From assembly GCA_951406725.2 (NCBI GenBank), contig OX597823.1:88598001-88662000 (forward strand): 64,000 nt of DNA. The letters are read 5' to 3'. How positions within the stretch are numbered: the stretch's first letter is position 1; each line of letters starts with the position of its first letter. Below the pieces are notes generated by a model. It was not told the origin of the DNA. It worked only from the letters and a program-made list of their open reading frames with translations, and made no database searches. Below are positions 40,135 to 56,154 of this stretch, piece after piece. The DNA is from Octopus vulgaris. Its lineage: Eukaryota. The translations under genes and the position numbers were made by a program.

Positions 40135-41179
40135 CGTACATACACGCACGCACACACGCTCAAACACAAACGCACACATACGAACATTCAAATGCACGAG
40201 AGTATCAGCAGACCATGGGGAAACTATTCAATCTGACAACGAGGCTAATGACAGAACATAACTCAAGCCTTCATTCAAAACCATTCCGACATGTGTTAAC
40301 GGGATAGCATATACTTTTACAGTCGAACATCTATAACTGGGAATCTTAAATTACGCTCTAGCGTCTTTAAATCTAAAGGGCACATTGTATAATTTAGTCG
40401 TGGATATGCAATACAAAAACGAAATATGCCATGGCTAGGGGTGGAATGTTTTAATAAAACTTCTATTCAGCGATGACTGATTTTAAACAAAATCTAATAC
40501 AACAGTAAAACCAACTGACACCATGCATTCAAGAAACTTGTTTGCCTGTATTGAGTTGAGCACAGAACATGGAAACGATCTCTGCTCTCCCATTCTGTCA
40601 TTAAATGATCTATGAGTGTACACCTGTAGATAGGATGGGATGTGACAGCATACAAGGCTAGTATATATTTTCAGTTCACTAGATTGAAGCAACGTGTAAA
40701 TAATCACCATGTTCAAGGGCAATTCACATTCCAGAAATCGATTTCGTGACTTCATGAGCGCGAGCCAAATATCCATACCTATAGGTTATGTACAACCCAT
40801 TCCTCAACTAGCCGGTACACACCATCGCATAAGCCGTCATGATAACACAAACAATATTTCAGACGAATATCGATAGGTTTTTCCACGGAAGGTATGTGGT
40901 TCCCCAATTACTAAAACACGAACCTTAAACATTCTGGATAAAATTCATTCTTATTGAAACATGGATATCGATATGGGGCGGTATTAAATATCTAAATTCT
41001 TTTAGCAATACGTAGTCACAGCCAAAAAGATTCTTCATGCATATCTCTACCGACTAATTTTCCAAGTAGGTTCCTTCAAATATTATCTATCAAATAATTG
41101 TCCATAACGATCAACAATGGGACCAATTAAGCATCGACAATCTCCGCAGAAGACTGAAATTAATACCAAGGCAAGATGT

Positions 41180-41218
41180 ATGTATGCATATATATATAAA
41201 TATGTGTGTGTGTGTATG

Positions 41219-41260
<42 letters not shown>

Positions 41261-41287
41261 TATACATATATATATATATACATATAT

Positions 41288-41318
<31 letters not shown>

Positions 41319-41670
41319 CATATATACACATATATATATACATACATATATATACATATATACACATATATATATATATACATACATATATATACACATA
41401 TATATATACATACATATATATACATATATATATACATACATATATATACATATATACACATATATATATACATACATATATACACATATACACATATATA
41501 TATACATACATATATACACATATATATATACATACATATATACACAGATATATATACATACATATATACACATATATATATACATACATATATACATACA
41601 TATATACACATATATATATATACATACATATATACATACATATATACACATATATATACATACATATATT

Positions 41671-41725
<55 letters not shown>
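41180..41725. repeat. Long degenerate (TA)/(TACA) microsatellite
   Basis: Read directly from sequence. Confidence 0.95.
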
Positions 41726-41731
<6 letters not shown>

Positions 41732-42685
41732 AGAAATCTAAAGGAGACTACAGCAGCGGTACTGGATATTAATAGTTATCGGCAAGCTAACACGTCAGTG
41801 CAGGACTGCCATGTTAGCTTGGCGATCACTATTAATATATATATATATATACACGGATCTATGGGGGTGAGCATATTTACACTAGCAAAATGCACGAAAA
41901 ATATGATGCGCTATGCATACATGCACATGTCATTCTCGACTTAATTAGTTTTACTAAGGGCAGCCGAGAAAAGTAGAGTGGTTTCTTTTCTTATAAATAG
42001 TAACATGAACTGAAACCAGATTGCAATCTGACACCTAACAAAAATATCAACTGTAAACCATATTGAATATGACGTACAAAACTATTGCTGTTCAAGGCTG
42101 GAAGATGCCCATCATAACACTGCATAATCGGTGCGATACTAAGGTTGAACATTAACACGTATATTAGCTTCCAGTAATAGACTAATCCTCTCTATCCGTA
42201 ATTTTCAACAGTTACCAATCATATATACATTGGGTGTGATATTGTGTATTATTTGGCCCTGACACTAACGCAAATATACAATTACTGCTACTTCTCTTCC
42301 TTCTTCACCTTTTTATTTATCCTCTTCATTTTCCCCGTCCTCTTCCTTATTTTTCTTCTGCTTCTCCTCCCTTGGCTGCTCCTGATTAAAACATCAATTC
42401 TTTGTACTCAAAATACTATTCCTTCAGATTTACTACTACCTACCTACCAAACGACGAGGAAGACACAGAGAGAGAGTATTTGGAGAGTATGGAAATATTT
42501 ACAAAACATTTCACTTAATTTCTCTCTCCAATTTAATTGTTTTTCTTATTTTACTCTTAGTTGAAAAAGTCTAAAAGTCGGGAACCGGTACTAAAATGTC
42601 CTTCATAAGAAAATTACTTTTCTATCTTGTCTTCTTTTCCTTATACATATCAATTCATGTGTTACTTTTCTACTCTCTACATACA

Positions 42686-42733
<48 letters not shown>

Positions 42734-42740
42734 TTAGAGA

Positions 42741-42779
<39 letters not shown>

Positions 42780-43118
42780 CTACACACACACACGCATATA
42801 TGTATACACATATTTATATATATTTGGCGCACATCCCCGTGTAATATATTCCTTTATATAGCAAGTTAGAACATGCATATCGATGTATATGTATGTATGC
42901 ATATATGTACGTACATGCGTATGTCTACATAATTAACTTACACCGCATCAGATACATATAACGCAATATGCATTACATATGCATACGTACGTACACACAC
43001 ATATATACATACCGAAACACATACATACAAATATACTCATACAAATACAATTACGGCTGTATGAATATGCATATATATTATATACATATAAGTATTTATA
43101 TTTATATATAAGTATTTA

Positions 43119-43153
<35 letters not shown>

Positions 43154-43549
43154 GCTTATGCATATGTATGTGTATGCATGGCAATGCAGATATGTGTGTA
43201 TATATACAAATGAATATGTACATGTGTATATGTGCATGGCGTGGTTGCGCAGGCGCGTGTGTGCTTCTGTGTGTGGGGGGGTGTATACTTCAGGATGTCT
43301 ATTAGAATAATATATTATTGTATTGTAAACCTAAATTTCACTTTGTCGTAAATCATTTTCTCCCCAAATGGCCGATATGAAAAATTCAAAATATGGCTTT
43401 GAAAATATCAATAAATCTTCTAAATGCTATTTCATGTATACAAGTTGCTCAGCTTTGTTTGTTCTACCTTAAATTACGCTTAGTATACCTGTCTTTGTAT
43501 CACAATATATGTGCCTGTGTATGAGACGAGTGTGCCAATATGTGGCTGT

Positions 43550-43551
<2 letters not shown>

Positions 43552-43595
<44 letters not shown>

Positions 43596-43768
43596 TATAC
43601 ATATATATACATATACATATATAAATACATATATATATACATATATAAATACATATATACATACATACATATATATATACCTATATAAATACATATATAT
43701 ATACATATATAAATACATATATATATATATACATATATAAATAAATATATATATATATACATATATAA

Positions 43769-43803
<35 letters not shown>

Positions 43804-43814
43804 TACATATATAA

Positions 43815-43851
<37 letters not shown>

Positions 43852-43877
43852 AATATGCATTTGTGTGTGTGTGTGTT

Positions 43878-43935
<58 letters not shown>
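43552..43935. repeat. (TA)/(TACATATATAAA) higher-order microsatellite followed by (TG)n
   Basis: Read directly from sequence. Confidence 0.95.
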
Positions 43936-43936
<1 letters not shown>

Positions 43937-44383
43937 ATGTTCTCCTATGCAGAATTCAAGCTGGTTACTAACAAACAGACGAGTTTATTTTGTGTGAGGC
44001 AATCAAGGCTGTTGCAAGTATTTTTGGTGACTGTGAGTATACATGTCGGTAAATATTTGCATATACCTTAACATCAATAACAGCTGTTCATATGTCTTTC
44101 ATAGAAGGGAATGAGTAATCACGCCTTAGTTTAAATTATCTTATCTAGCTAAGCATCTATCCATCTGTCTATTTATATATTTATCTACTTACCTATCTAT
44201 TTGGAGGGTGGGGTCTCCAGTGAAGGAGACGTCATGGCGTCTTACATCATGTAACAGGGTCTCAGGCTTATTCGAGATTGCTCAATTGAGGCCTCTCAAT
44301 TGAAACTATTGAATTCAGATTTTATTTGGATAGCATTGTCGCTGGAATGGCCATAGGTGAGGCAGCAGGGGTCCGGTCTTTGT

Positions 44384-44650
44384 CAGAAGTGTTTCTCAGA
44401 CAATTGCTATTACTTCATCAGCCCCAAATTCTGACAACCTAATCTCCCTCGATTGTAATCCTATGGAATACTTTGCCATGAGGCACAGCTGAAAAAGACA
44501 TCAAACGCACTGCCTTGCAACAGCAAGGTCTAGCTGATGCCGAAGATCAAGGTGTTCGAAGGTTTTCCCAGAGACTCAGTGAGGAATGCATGCGCCAGAG
44601 AGCGGAGTTGTCTTGTGGCCGTGGATCTGTGGGTGGCTACTTTGAATAAA
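44384..44650 (+). pseudogene. Tc1/mariner-superfamily transposase C-terminal remnant (maT/DD37D-like)
   Basis: Frameshifted translation QKCFSDNCYYFISPKF*QPN(S)LDCNPMEYFA..TAEKDIKRTA..LMPKIKVFEGFPRDSVRNACARERSCLVAV..GGYFE* parallels WPPxSPDLNPLDY..WG..AC..F..RL.AV....GG.FE*. Confidence 0.7.
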
Positions 44651-44787
44651 TTGTTATCCCCTAGACATGATCTGGTACATATCTTTTGATTTAAAAAAAA
44701 TGTTATCTGTAGATGAAATATAATGGTTTCTTTTCATTTTATGCAAACTGTCCCCAACTTACCCAGAACAATCTCTCACTCTCTCCA

Positions 44788-44826
44788 GTTTCTGAAGAAG
44801 GGCTGTGCTCGAAACGACAGAGAACC
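44788..44826 (+). ncRNA. Degenerate minimal hammerhead motif related to the 5310 and 27757 copies
   Basis: GUUU CUGAAGA A GGGC-UGU-GCUC GAAA CG AC..: canonical core and helix II, but U16.1 is replaced by A, so likely inactive. Confidence 0.45.
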
Positions 44827-45071
44827 TTTCTTTCCTTCTCTGCAGTAACCATATCCCATGCCTATATAACTAAATTGGTAGCTTATCCATTATGAAATCA
44901 CTGGTGAGCTTCACACGTCTGTAGAACAGTGTTTCACACGGATTGTTAAATATGTCACTTACTCAAGACTTAAGTTTAAAAAATGAGTAAAATATTTGTG
45001 ACATTTACTGTGCAAGTCTTTGCTACTTTAGTTCCTTAAGTGCATGTTATCGTTAGTAGCATCCTTTCAAA

Positions 45072-45210
<139 letters not shown>

Positions 45211-45224
45211 TCCATGTACATATT

Positions 45225-45272
<48 letters not shown>

Positions 45273-45655
45273 ATTATTCATGTATGTGCAGTCGTGCCTA
45301 GTTATGTATGCAGTATGTATTTTTGTGCGGAACTAATTATATTTCATCGTTAGATACGTTAATGCTTGTGTACGTATGTCTGTATTTGTATATGTAATCC
45401 TGTCTAAGTGTACATCAGTAGTTGATATGATTACATATTACGATTGCAGCACACGAGAGTTTAAGGTGAAAAAGTTTACAAAATTTGATGTTACTTCATC
45501 AAACCAATGATATTGTAAGTGTATGTCTGTGTATGTATGTAGTTAAGATAGTAGGTAAGTAGGTAGTTGATCAGGACGTATGTAGGTAGATTCGTAAGTA
45601 GAGAGGTAACTATGTAACAAATTAGTGGGTGGGAAGGTATGTAGGTCCATAAAAA

Positions 45656-45710
<55 letters not shown>

Positions 45711-45802
45711 GCAATAATAAAAGGAAAACTGAGAGTTTAAGCTGATTTATATTAATATTTGTTAATTTATTAACATAATAATACATTATAAAAAAATAGA
45801 TA

Positions 45803-45896
45803 ACCCCTGCAATTGTTTCGATTCAAACCGAAAAACTGAGAAAGTTTTAAAAATTCATATCATGGAAATATTTTGAGTAAGAATCTTATCAAGGTA
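45803..45896 (-). ncRNA. Hammerhead-like motif with U3-A8 core and long loop II
   Basis: Minus strand: UUACC UUGAUAA GAUUC-(56 nt)-GAAUC GAAA CAAUUG C A GGGG. 5-bp helix II and palindromic CAAUUG; position 16.1 is C and helix I is short. Confidence 0.35.
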
Positions 45897-45911
45897 AATA
45901 CATATACACAC

Positions 45912-47290
<1,379 letters not shown>

Positions 47291-47892
47291 TATATATATA
47301 TATATATTTCATCATGTTGAATCATTAATCCCTACACTCTCTTCCTCTCTCCGACTTTTTCGTTCTCTCCATATTCTCCATATTCTTTTTCCCTTTAATT
47401 CATTCTGTCGAAGAATACTCCTCCTTGCTCTTCCCTCACCTCTGTTCGTATTTTGTAAATTTTAACTATATCTATATATATATATATACACACACATTTT
47501 TTTCTCGATGTTACAAGCTGATGTGGTCGACATATCCAAATTTCAAAATGTTTTGGCTGAGAGTAAAACACAACCACGCTGACCATTCACAGTGTTAACT
47601 TACAGGTACAGTTGTTATTCTTTTTCACTTGATTGTTCAAGGGTAAACATAAATAGAGCATCTTGAACAAACACACAACAACCCCCTCGATGCTACGCCA
47701 AGAAGCATTGCATACACTCACATTTATATATATGCGCATAACCACTAATACACACACATTTACTTCTGTATCCTTTTTGGTTTATAGATTATCTCACCGT
47801 GAGGGCCATAGTAGAAGACATCTACCCAAATGCAACGCAATAAGATAGGACATAACACTATGAAACCATACACCAGTGTAACTATCCTTAAG

Positions 47893-47940
<48 letters not shown>

Positions 47941-48411
47941 CATGATGGTGAGAAGGCGACAGAATAGGGCAGCGTGGTATGTATCTGTCAGAGTATATAT
48001 TTCTGTTTGTAAGGTAATGTGTAATTATATTTGGCAGAAATATATTTCTCATAGTTATGGCGTGGTCGTCATCAAAATATTTAATAGCAGATATTTCATA
48101 AAGTCGGGTACGTTTTAGATTATGTGATCTAGGTAATTTTATCCGACATGTATTATTATATATCTAGTAATATCCACTACAATTTAGACGAAAGGAATTA
48201 CAAAGAATAAATAATAATTTGAGAGGTAACTGCTCATGAATATATACACTAACGATCCGATGTTAAGCCAAGAATATGTGTTTGCTTTTACATACATACA
48301 TACATATATACACACACAAATACACACACACACATACATATATACACACACAAGCACACACACACACACACATATATATACACACACAAACACACACACA
48401 CATGCACACAT

Positions 48412-48462
<51 letters not shown>

Positions 48463-49454
48463 GCAAATTCCTTGTAATGTATCATCTTTTGCATACCTAT
48501 ATCATATAAAAGTTCAGTAAGGCTAGCTTCAGTGTGACTGAAGCAAAATCCCCCAGTGTTCTGTTCTGAATACGAAGTTCTCATACGGAAATGTCTCAAA
48601 GCTGTACTTCCGGAAGACTTACTTCATTATTTCTATTTCAAATTACTATTTTTAACTGCATAGTATGTGTAGTTAATATGTGGAGATGCCTACTCAATCA
48701 CACACAGATATACAATATATAATTATGTGTTTCTGCAGGATTATACTTACGTATATAATGATCCACGTACGAATATTTCTACGTAAGTGTATTTGTACAC
48801 ATATACGCAATTGCTTAGCAGAAGCCCGCCAAACCTGGCTCACAATAAGAAATTATAATTCTGTTTTATATCTATTATAACTAACACATTATTCGTAGCG
48901 ACACATGAAAGCGAGAAACAGACAGAAGATGCTTTAATTATATACTTACAAATGTAAAAGTTCCAAATCTTTGACATAAGGGCTTCGGACACTGAGAGGC
49001 TCTCAAGAGTTTCGCCCACAGCCATTACATATAATACGATGACATCTATTTATCAAGTTTGAAAATGGAAAGCCTACCGACTCATTACAACACACGTTTA
49101 GCCTCCAGCTATCAACTAATATAGCAACGACGGTGCAAGTATTTCGATGCGTTTTAATCCATACTTGAAGATCAATGTGAAATTATCAATTTATGTTTCC
49201 ATAATAATATGCTTACATATAGACAGGTGTGTGTATATGTTTACTCACAATAGTACATTCCTACCGAACATTTCTCTCATCCTAAGAGTAACTCGTTGTT
49301 CAAGGGAAGTAAAATCGAATCAGATTGTAGTATCGTAGTTACATGTATGTGTGCGTATGTGTGTGTATGTGTGCGTGTGTGTGTGTATGTGTGTGTGTGG
49401 GGGGGCAGGAGTGTGTATATCTATATAAACATAGATAGGTAGATTGATAGATAG

Positions 49455-49514
49455 CTACGTAAATAGATAGATAGATACATACATAGATACATAGACAGAC
49501 AGACAGACAGATTT

Positions 49515-49600
<86 letters not shown>
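49455..49600. repeat. (GATA)n microsatellite
   Basis: Read directly from sequence. Confidence 0.95.
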
Positions 49601-50234
49601 GCAGAAATATTATATAGGCACACATATATACATAAACACACATACACACGAAAAAACGCACATCGTACATACATATACATATATTACATAAGAACATCCC
49701 AGTATATGTACCTGCAGACTTTGTGGCTGTCAATTCGTAAACACGAAGGACTAACACTGACAAATTATCTTATTTTCAGTGTTAAAGACAATGGCTGTCA
49801 ACAATGTCCGTGCTGAAATTTCAAATCAATAACAGCTTGCTGAACACTGTTAAAATTCTCACCTCCAAAACCAAGTGGTCTGCTAACAAGGAAGATCTCC
49901 GTCTTAGCAATGGGCTGGGTGTGATTTGGGAATTTCCTTCTCATGGAGAGATGGCTAAATATAAAACAGGCGGTCACTCATTCGCAGCTATTTGATGGCC
50001 AGTGACTCTCTACGGAGACCTTTAAAACGATTCGTCTTTTGTCTTGCAAGTTTTCAAACAAAAAACATCGCTCCTCACCGAGTAGGTTTGGTAGAGACGC
50101 CGGCTTAGTTGCCGACGGCCCATCCGGCGACTGGTCGTACAGCGTTATACGTTACCAATTGCACTGAGTAATCTACATAATTACATTAATACATACCCAC
50201 ACTTACTCGCACACGCACACACAATGCATTCATA

Positions 50235-50350
50235 GCCATGGCTGTGTGGCTAGGAAATTTGCTTTGCTGCTCTGTGGTTTCGGGTTCAGTCCCACTATGT
50301 AGACGACAAGTACCCTTGACATTGATTGACCCGGGACTATACTGAGAAGC
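50235..50350 (+). mobile_element. SINE family A head fragment
   Basis: ATGGCTGTGTGGCTAGGAAATTTGCTT..GGTTTCGGGTTCAGTCCCACT. Confidence 0.7.
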
Positions 50351-50385
50351 AATTTTCCAAGTTGTGTACAATGGAACGGGACATA

Positions 50386-50609
50386 TACGAGAGCGCTGGG
50401 TAAGTGCGATGAAAAGTTCCCGGCTTTGGACAAAAGAAAATACAGGAGGATCAATTAATTATGAGTTTTTTCAACATATTACCCACTCAGATTCAATTGC
50501 AGCGATCAGTTAGCTTTTCTAATCCCTGTAAGAGAATTCAAATGTTTGGGCCCCCAATCAGGTCTTTCGCGATACCCTTAAAACCAGGAACTTTTCAGCG
50601 CCCCTCGTA
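50386..50609. mobile_element. Mariner-type MITE (~225 bp)
   Basis: Left end TACGAGAGCGCTG..TGAAAAGTTCCCGGCTT and right end AACCAGGAACTTTTCAGCGCCCCTCGTA are inverted repeats bounded by TA; no coding capacity. Confidence 0.8.
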
Positions 50610-50629
50610 AATACACACAGAATGTAAAT

Positions 50630-50955
50630 CGCAAATGATGCTTGGAAAATTGCTAGGAACCAACACAACAACCCCCAAATCAGTATTTCAGCTAAAGAAT
50701 GCTATTTTTTCAATTTGGTGGGGCTTGAAATGTGTTGTCTTTTACGAGCACCTTCCTACGGACAGAAACATCAATTCAGATATGTACTGTGACTAACTGG
50801 ACAAATAAGAAGCATCCAGCACTTGCTAATCATAAGAGCAGTCTTGCATCTCAACAATGCCATATCAGACACTTTTTGCAGTCACGGTAGGAACTACTGA
50901 GGCTTGGCAGGAGTGTTTTTCCGCATCCTCCGTATTCGTCTCTCGCCTTCAGATG
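50630..50955 (+). pseudogene. Second mariner transposase remnant (catalytic region)
   Basis: TTPKSVFQLKNAIFSIWWGLKCVVFYEHLPTDRNINSDMYCD*LDK..KKHPALANHK..VLHLNNA..ELLRLGRSVFPHPPYS..PSD. Confidence 0.85.
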
Positions 50956-50962
50956 TACACAC

Positions 50963-50997
<35 letters not shown>

Positions 50998-52263
50998 GGA
51001 ATATTAGTCCAATCTATACTAAATCAGATTTCACAAAATATAATATATGTATATAAATTTTTTTTCTATATGGTATAATTTAATTATTTCAATGTTGATT
51101 TTATGAAAGGTGATTTATATATATATATGCTCACATACAATTATGTACTGATATGAAAGTTTTCTTAACTTTCATCAATTAAATTCAATTCGCAATCTCA
51201 TTACAATATTACATTAAATAACAACGTAGCTTATAGTCAAATTGTATCTGGAGGCACATGACAAGTACTATAGCATTCATTTTTCAAATTGCATTTAATG
51301 GTCACCCATAAGGTGTTTTTTTAAGAATCCAAATTTAGTGTACTTTCTGCTTGCATGTCAGGATACTGAGATGCAGTGTTGCTGCAGCTGTTCCTCTTGT
51401 TGTTATGGTTCAGCCATAAGTGAAACCCAATCAAGCAGAAATAAGAGCGAAAGCAATTTATCCTTGACTATCCTGTGTCTCAAAACCTAGTCCACCTTAA
51501 CATACATTATCTGATATATTCTCATTTCCAGTGTGAGCTCAAAGAAAGGTAGCTGTTATTACTGGCAAAATGAACCACCATATAGATGCGTCCTCATTGG
51601 CGCCAGAGCTCATTTGCACATCTTTATGGTAGTTGTTACAAACTATTCAGCTTGCAACAGTCAGATGTCTTGCAGAGAGTGCACTGACAGTCATGAAAGA
51701 TAACCCTTATACGTTTTGTCAACTAGGCCACACACTAAACGCTGCATCTGACTGAGACACTTAAAATTCTTTCAACGTAATCGAATACAACATCTACATT
51801 TTCTTTTATAAGACACAGCTTGTCTAGCTTGACAACTGTTTATTATTTTCTTTCCAATTTCCATAATAATTATTGTAAAATTCCATTCATTTATTTCTTG
51901 TCAAAATGACAGTTTATACGCATTTCAGCTACACATTTCTATCGTTCCTACTACGATTACTGTCTATATCTATTCATATTGCTGTGCTTTATTTTAATAT
52001 TCTTTGTTCTCTTTCAGAATTTTCTTACATTGTTTATGTTATTCAATGCTAAGATGTGTTTGGTGTGTTGTTCACAGTCATTACTCTACCTTCATTACGC
52101 TTCAGCTAATAATTTTGTGTCTTAGTTGTGACATCTCTATATTACTATGCTATCTCACAAAGACAGGCTTATATGGCCAACATATCACCATCCAGTTCAA
52201 CAGCAATATAACAGTACTGTTACATGACATATTCATTTTGTTGTTTAATTCTAAATATTTCAG

Positions 52264-52332
52264 AAATGGATGACGAATACAAATGGCTGCAAATACTTCA
52301 AGATTAATTTGAAACGTTCATTGATTTCTCTG
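52264..52332 (+). other. Possible 69-nt exon
   Basis: ..TCTAAATATTTCAG|AAATGG...TCTCTG|GTAAGT; open in phase 0 (KWMTNTNGCKYFKINLKRSLISL); no recognisable homology. Confidence 0.3.
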
Positions 52333-54067
52333 GTAAGTTCGGTCGATTTAAAAATATATACACGTAGCAAAAAGTTGTGTTGGTAGTGTTACATGCAAAA
52401 CGGTATCTACAGGAAGTTATTATCTTGCCGTGGAAATTATTACTTTCTTAAGAAATGACCGCGTTCTAAACCAAGAGCTTATTAGGTTCAATCGTATGGT
52501 AGACATTTGAATATTATATATTTATGTTATATTATTATATTATTAGATTATGTTATGTTTTATAGCTTTTATTTGTTTTGACCATTGGTGTATGGCTAAA
52601 AGTGTGCATCACTTTGTAATATAAAAAAACGCTTCAAAAATATTATTATATTATTAAATTATATTAAATCATAATATATTATGTAATTATTATATAATAT
52701 TATAATATATTATATATTATATATATTGTAAAATGTTTATATTATATTATAATATATCATGTATTATATTGCTTTCAAACACAGAGATACATGAGGTAAA
52801 GCATTAGCACATCCTTAAAAACGTTTGTATTTGATTTGTAACAGTCTGGTAGAGACACGAAGTTTTCAATGTTATAGTGATGTAATTGTATTTTAGGAGG
52901 GTCATACTACCAATAAATGTACACACACTGGCTACGTTTCATTGCAGTTTCAGTACCAGTTAATTGGGCATTTAGTCGATTAACTGTTCAATCATTAGCT
53001 TGTCAAAATACATACGTCGCACTCTGTGACTTTACCAATGATTGCGTGCTGCTCAACTACACCTTTCTCCGCATTATTTATTTTATTATCACTATTCCAT
53101 GCTTACATTTCAAAAAGATTTTGTCAAGACTAATCTATAAAACAATTAATCAAATCATTCCTCGCTAAATTGATCGGCAATGCATCTGAAGTGAGACATA
53201 ACCAGCGTGTGCACTTTTATTAGCAGTATGACCTTCCCGAAATATGACCTCGCTAGTCACTTTCTCATAATGAGTAAGGTATGAATTGAACACTGAATAT
53301 TCAAAATAATTTGCGGTACACGAACAGTCTTATCAACTGCATAATCGTATAAATATCGAAAACCAAATAGCATGATTAGTATAAATTTGAGAAACTAATA
53401 TGGTGTGTGTGAAGGAGGGTCACGCCGTATTCGATTCTCCAGTCCTTAATTGACTTCAGCTGGGCTCTAAGTACCCAATTAAATTACTAATTCATTATAA
53501 ATTGTTATCGTCGTTTGTAGCCACAGTTTTTCATATGAAGTCTGTTTTGTTTCATATACAGTGTTCCGTTTTTATGAATTTGTCAAAGCTTTAAATCAGA
53601 ACAGCTGCTCATTCGCTCACTGGTTAATTGAAATAAATAATTAGAAGTAATATTTCATACCTCGATATATTTATTTTAAATTAAATTATGCTGAGGTCAC
53701 TTTTAGTGTTCTGTGAGACTGTAATATGATTAAAAAATGATATAGTTGCTTTATAATTCCTCTTATCAATTAATTAACGGCTATTTCAGAAACGACAAAG
53801 GTAACGATTAAGTTATCCCTGGCGATAGAAAGAAACAAATTTGTTATGGTATTTAATCTCTAGAGCCCCAATTCCAGCTTAGCTCTTACACCATTAAAAT
53901 CCGGTTTGCTACTTTTATCAATCACGTGTCGATAAAATTAATACTAATGATAATCTAGTGTAAAGTCAATTATTGAAACATGTAACAATCGTCATGGTTT
54001 CGATACAGACGAAGCTGTAACTTCAAATGTATTTTTGAAAGAACAGTTTTACATATTCAGGAGGTTA

Positions 54068-54197
54068 AAGTGGCGAGCTGGTTGAGTCGTTAGCACGCTG
54101 CACAAATGCATTTCGTCCATCTTTACATTCTGAGGTCGAATCAATCGACTAGTCCTTTCTGCCCAAATTTAGGCTTTGTGCCTATAGTAGAAAGAGT
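54068..54197 (+). mobile_element. SINE family B, internally deleted
   Basis: GTGGCGAGCTGG..GTCGTTAGCACGC..ACATTCTGAGGTCGA..TTGTGCCTATAGTAGAAAG. Confidence 0.75.
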
Positions 54198-55687
54198 TAT
54201 TACATATTCTGGCTTCTTGCTGATGCAAGCACTGCTTGTATGATGTATAAAATTTAATATTTCAACACAATATATAAACAATGGTGGGACCTAATTGGTG
54301 TTGGGAAATGTCAACTTAAAATATTTCAGAGAATATAAGATTTTCAATATATATATATATATTATTTTTTTTTTTTACTAGACCGTGAAATTATTCTACT
54401 TTAATGACCTAAAGAGAATATATTGAATATTCAATGCATTATAGAAATACTTTGCTTTCTTTGAATCTGTTAATAAAGAGTCGAACACTAATGCTTTTGT
54501 TTATTATTTTCTTTCTTTTGAGCGCCGATAGTTACTGGGAAATTATTTGGAAATTAAAGCACTAAAGGGTTTTTTGTTCTTTGATTTTAAACAGAAGAAT
54601 AATCGTAATTATTTTAAAGCTCAAACAATGAGAAACGAAGGATAGCAACATGTATTTAACAAAGTAATGGCATCAGACTTATAATGGAGAGAAGTTATGC
54701 GGATGCAATTGAGTGGTTAAAAACAGAAAAAATAAAGTTATATAAACTCTCAATTTAACATGAACAGGCGGATATCGCTTTGTTCTTTAATGAGACAAAT
54801 TCATTTAGATACCAGAAATCCACATAGGGAAGAAAGTTACATTAAATCATTAAATGTAGCTCTGTTTTATTCATTTTGAATTTTGTTTAAGTTTTTATGT
54901 TTTTGAAATCTAAATTATATCAAAGCTTCCACATTTGCAAAATAATGTAACGAATGTTATTGATAAAATAAAATAAAATAAGAAAATATGATATTCTGAG
55001 GATTTCATTCGGAAAGATTTTTTATCACATCTTAGAATAATGCTATGAGATTATGCTGATAATTTAATGGGGATTCTGAAAGTGAAACACAATAGGTTAC
55101 TCTATATAATTTATGATTCCACATTCAGATGTGACCTCGATTTTATCGAATATAAAAAAGCAAAAATCAACAAATTATTTTTGTAAATAAAATAAACGAT
55201 ATAATATTTCTGAAAATATAATAATCTGTCTGATTCATGTGGATTAGGGACCTATTATTTCAGTTCTGAAAGGCATATTATTGTAACCATTTTAATAGCA
55301 ATCATTTGAATAAAAGATAAATGATCCAATATGTTTATCACTTAGACAGCGGATGAATAGCAACGTCCATGACCCAATTCACATATTTTTATATAAGCAA
55401 GGAGTTATATCCAAACACGTGTCCTGACCCAAATGTTTGCCTATGAAGATGAATGCTACTACATAGATTATAAAAATCTAACACGCACTGAAATATAAAG
55501 ACCAATTTTTATCTATTTTTAACCTTACTGGAGAGGATTATGAATGCATTGTTTTGATGCACTACACATGGCACAGGAAGCAAAAGTGGAGTTGCTTTGT
55601 GGTGGCGTATCTTTTAGAAATAACAACTAAATCTTCCTTCAACCACATCGCTCCCATTTTAAAAATCATTATCAAATCTTATTATAT

Positions 55688-55860
55688 AGGGCGGTCAGCT
55701 TGAAGAATCATTAGCACGCTGGACAAAATGCTTAGCGGTATTTCGCCCATGGCTACGTTCCGAATTGAAATTCTGCTGTGGTTGGCTTTCGATAAATAAA
55801 ATACCAGTGAAATGCTGGGGCCAAATGTCAGGCCTTGCGCCCATAGTAGAAAGGATTATT
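55688..55860 (+). mobile_element. SINE family B, internally deleted
   Basis: GGCGGTCAGCTTGAAGAATCATTAGCACGCTGGACAAAATGCTTAGCGGTATTTCG..ATACCAGTGAAATGCTGGGG..ATAGTAGAAAGGATTATT. Confidence 0.8.
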
Positions 55861-56154
55861 AAATACAAATATTTACTTAAAGATTTTGGGCTTGCTGTTT
55901 AACTGTTAAATTGCAAATTACAGCAATTGTTATATCGATTGAGCTATCATTAATCTTAGTGTCACTATCTTTATTACTATCATTATAATCTTCTGTATTT
56001 ATTTGAAGCGCTTGAATGTGTATATCTGTGTCCGTAGTGTGTGAGGACGTACAGACACAAACGTACACACACATGCATACATGCATATGTATATATAAAA
56101 ATAATATATATATATATATATATATATGTACAGACGCACACACATACACACACA

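Noticed and set aside
40480-41175. Unique block as a possible LINE or exon fragment
   Set aside because: No sustained reading frame or RT/endonuclease motif found by eye.
53985-54030. Minus-strand stem TTACAG/CTGTA followed by GAAACCATG
   Set aside because: Core and cleavage triplet are too degenerate to call.
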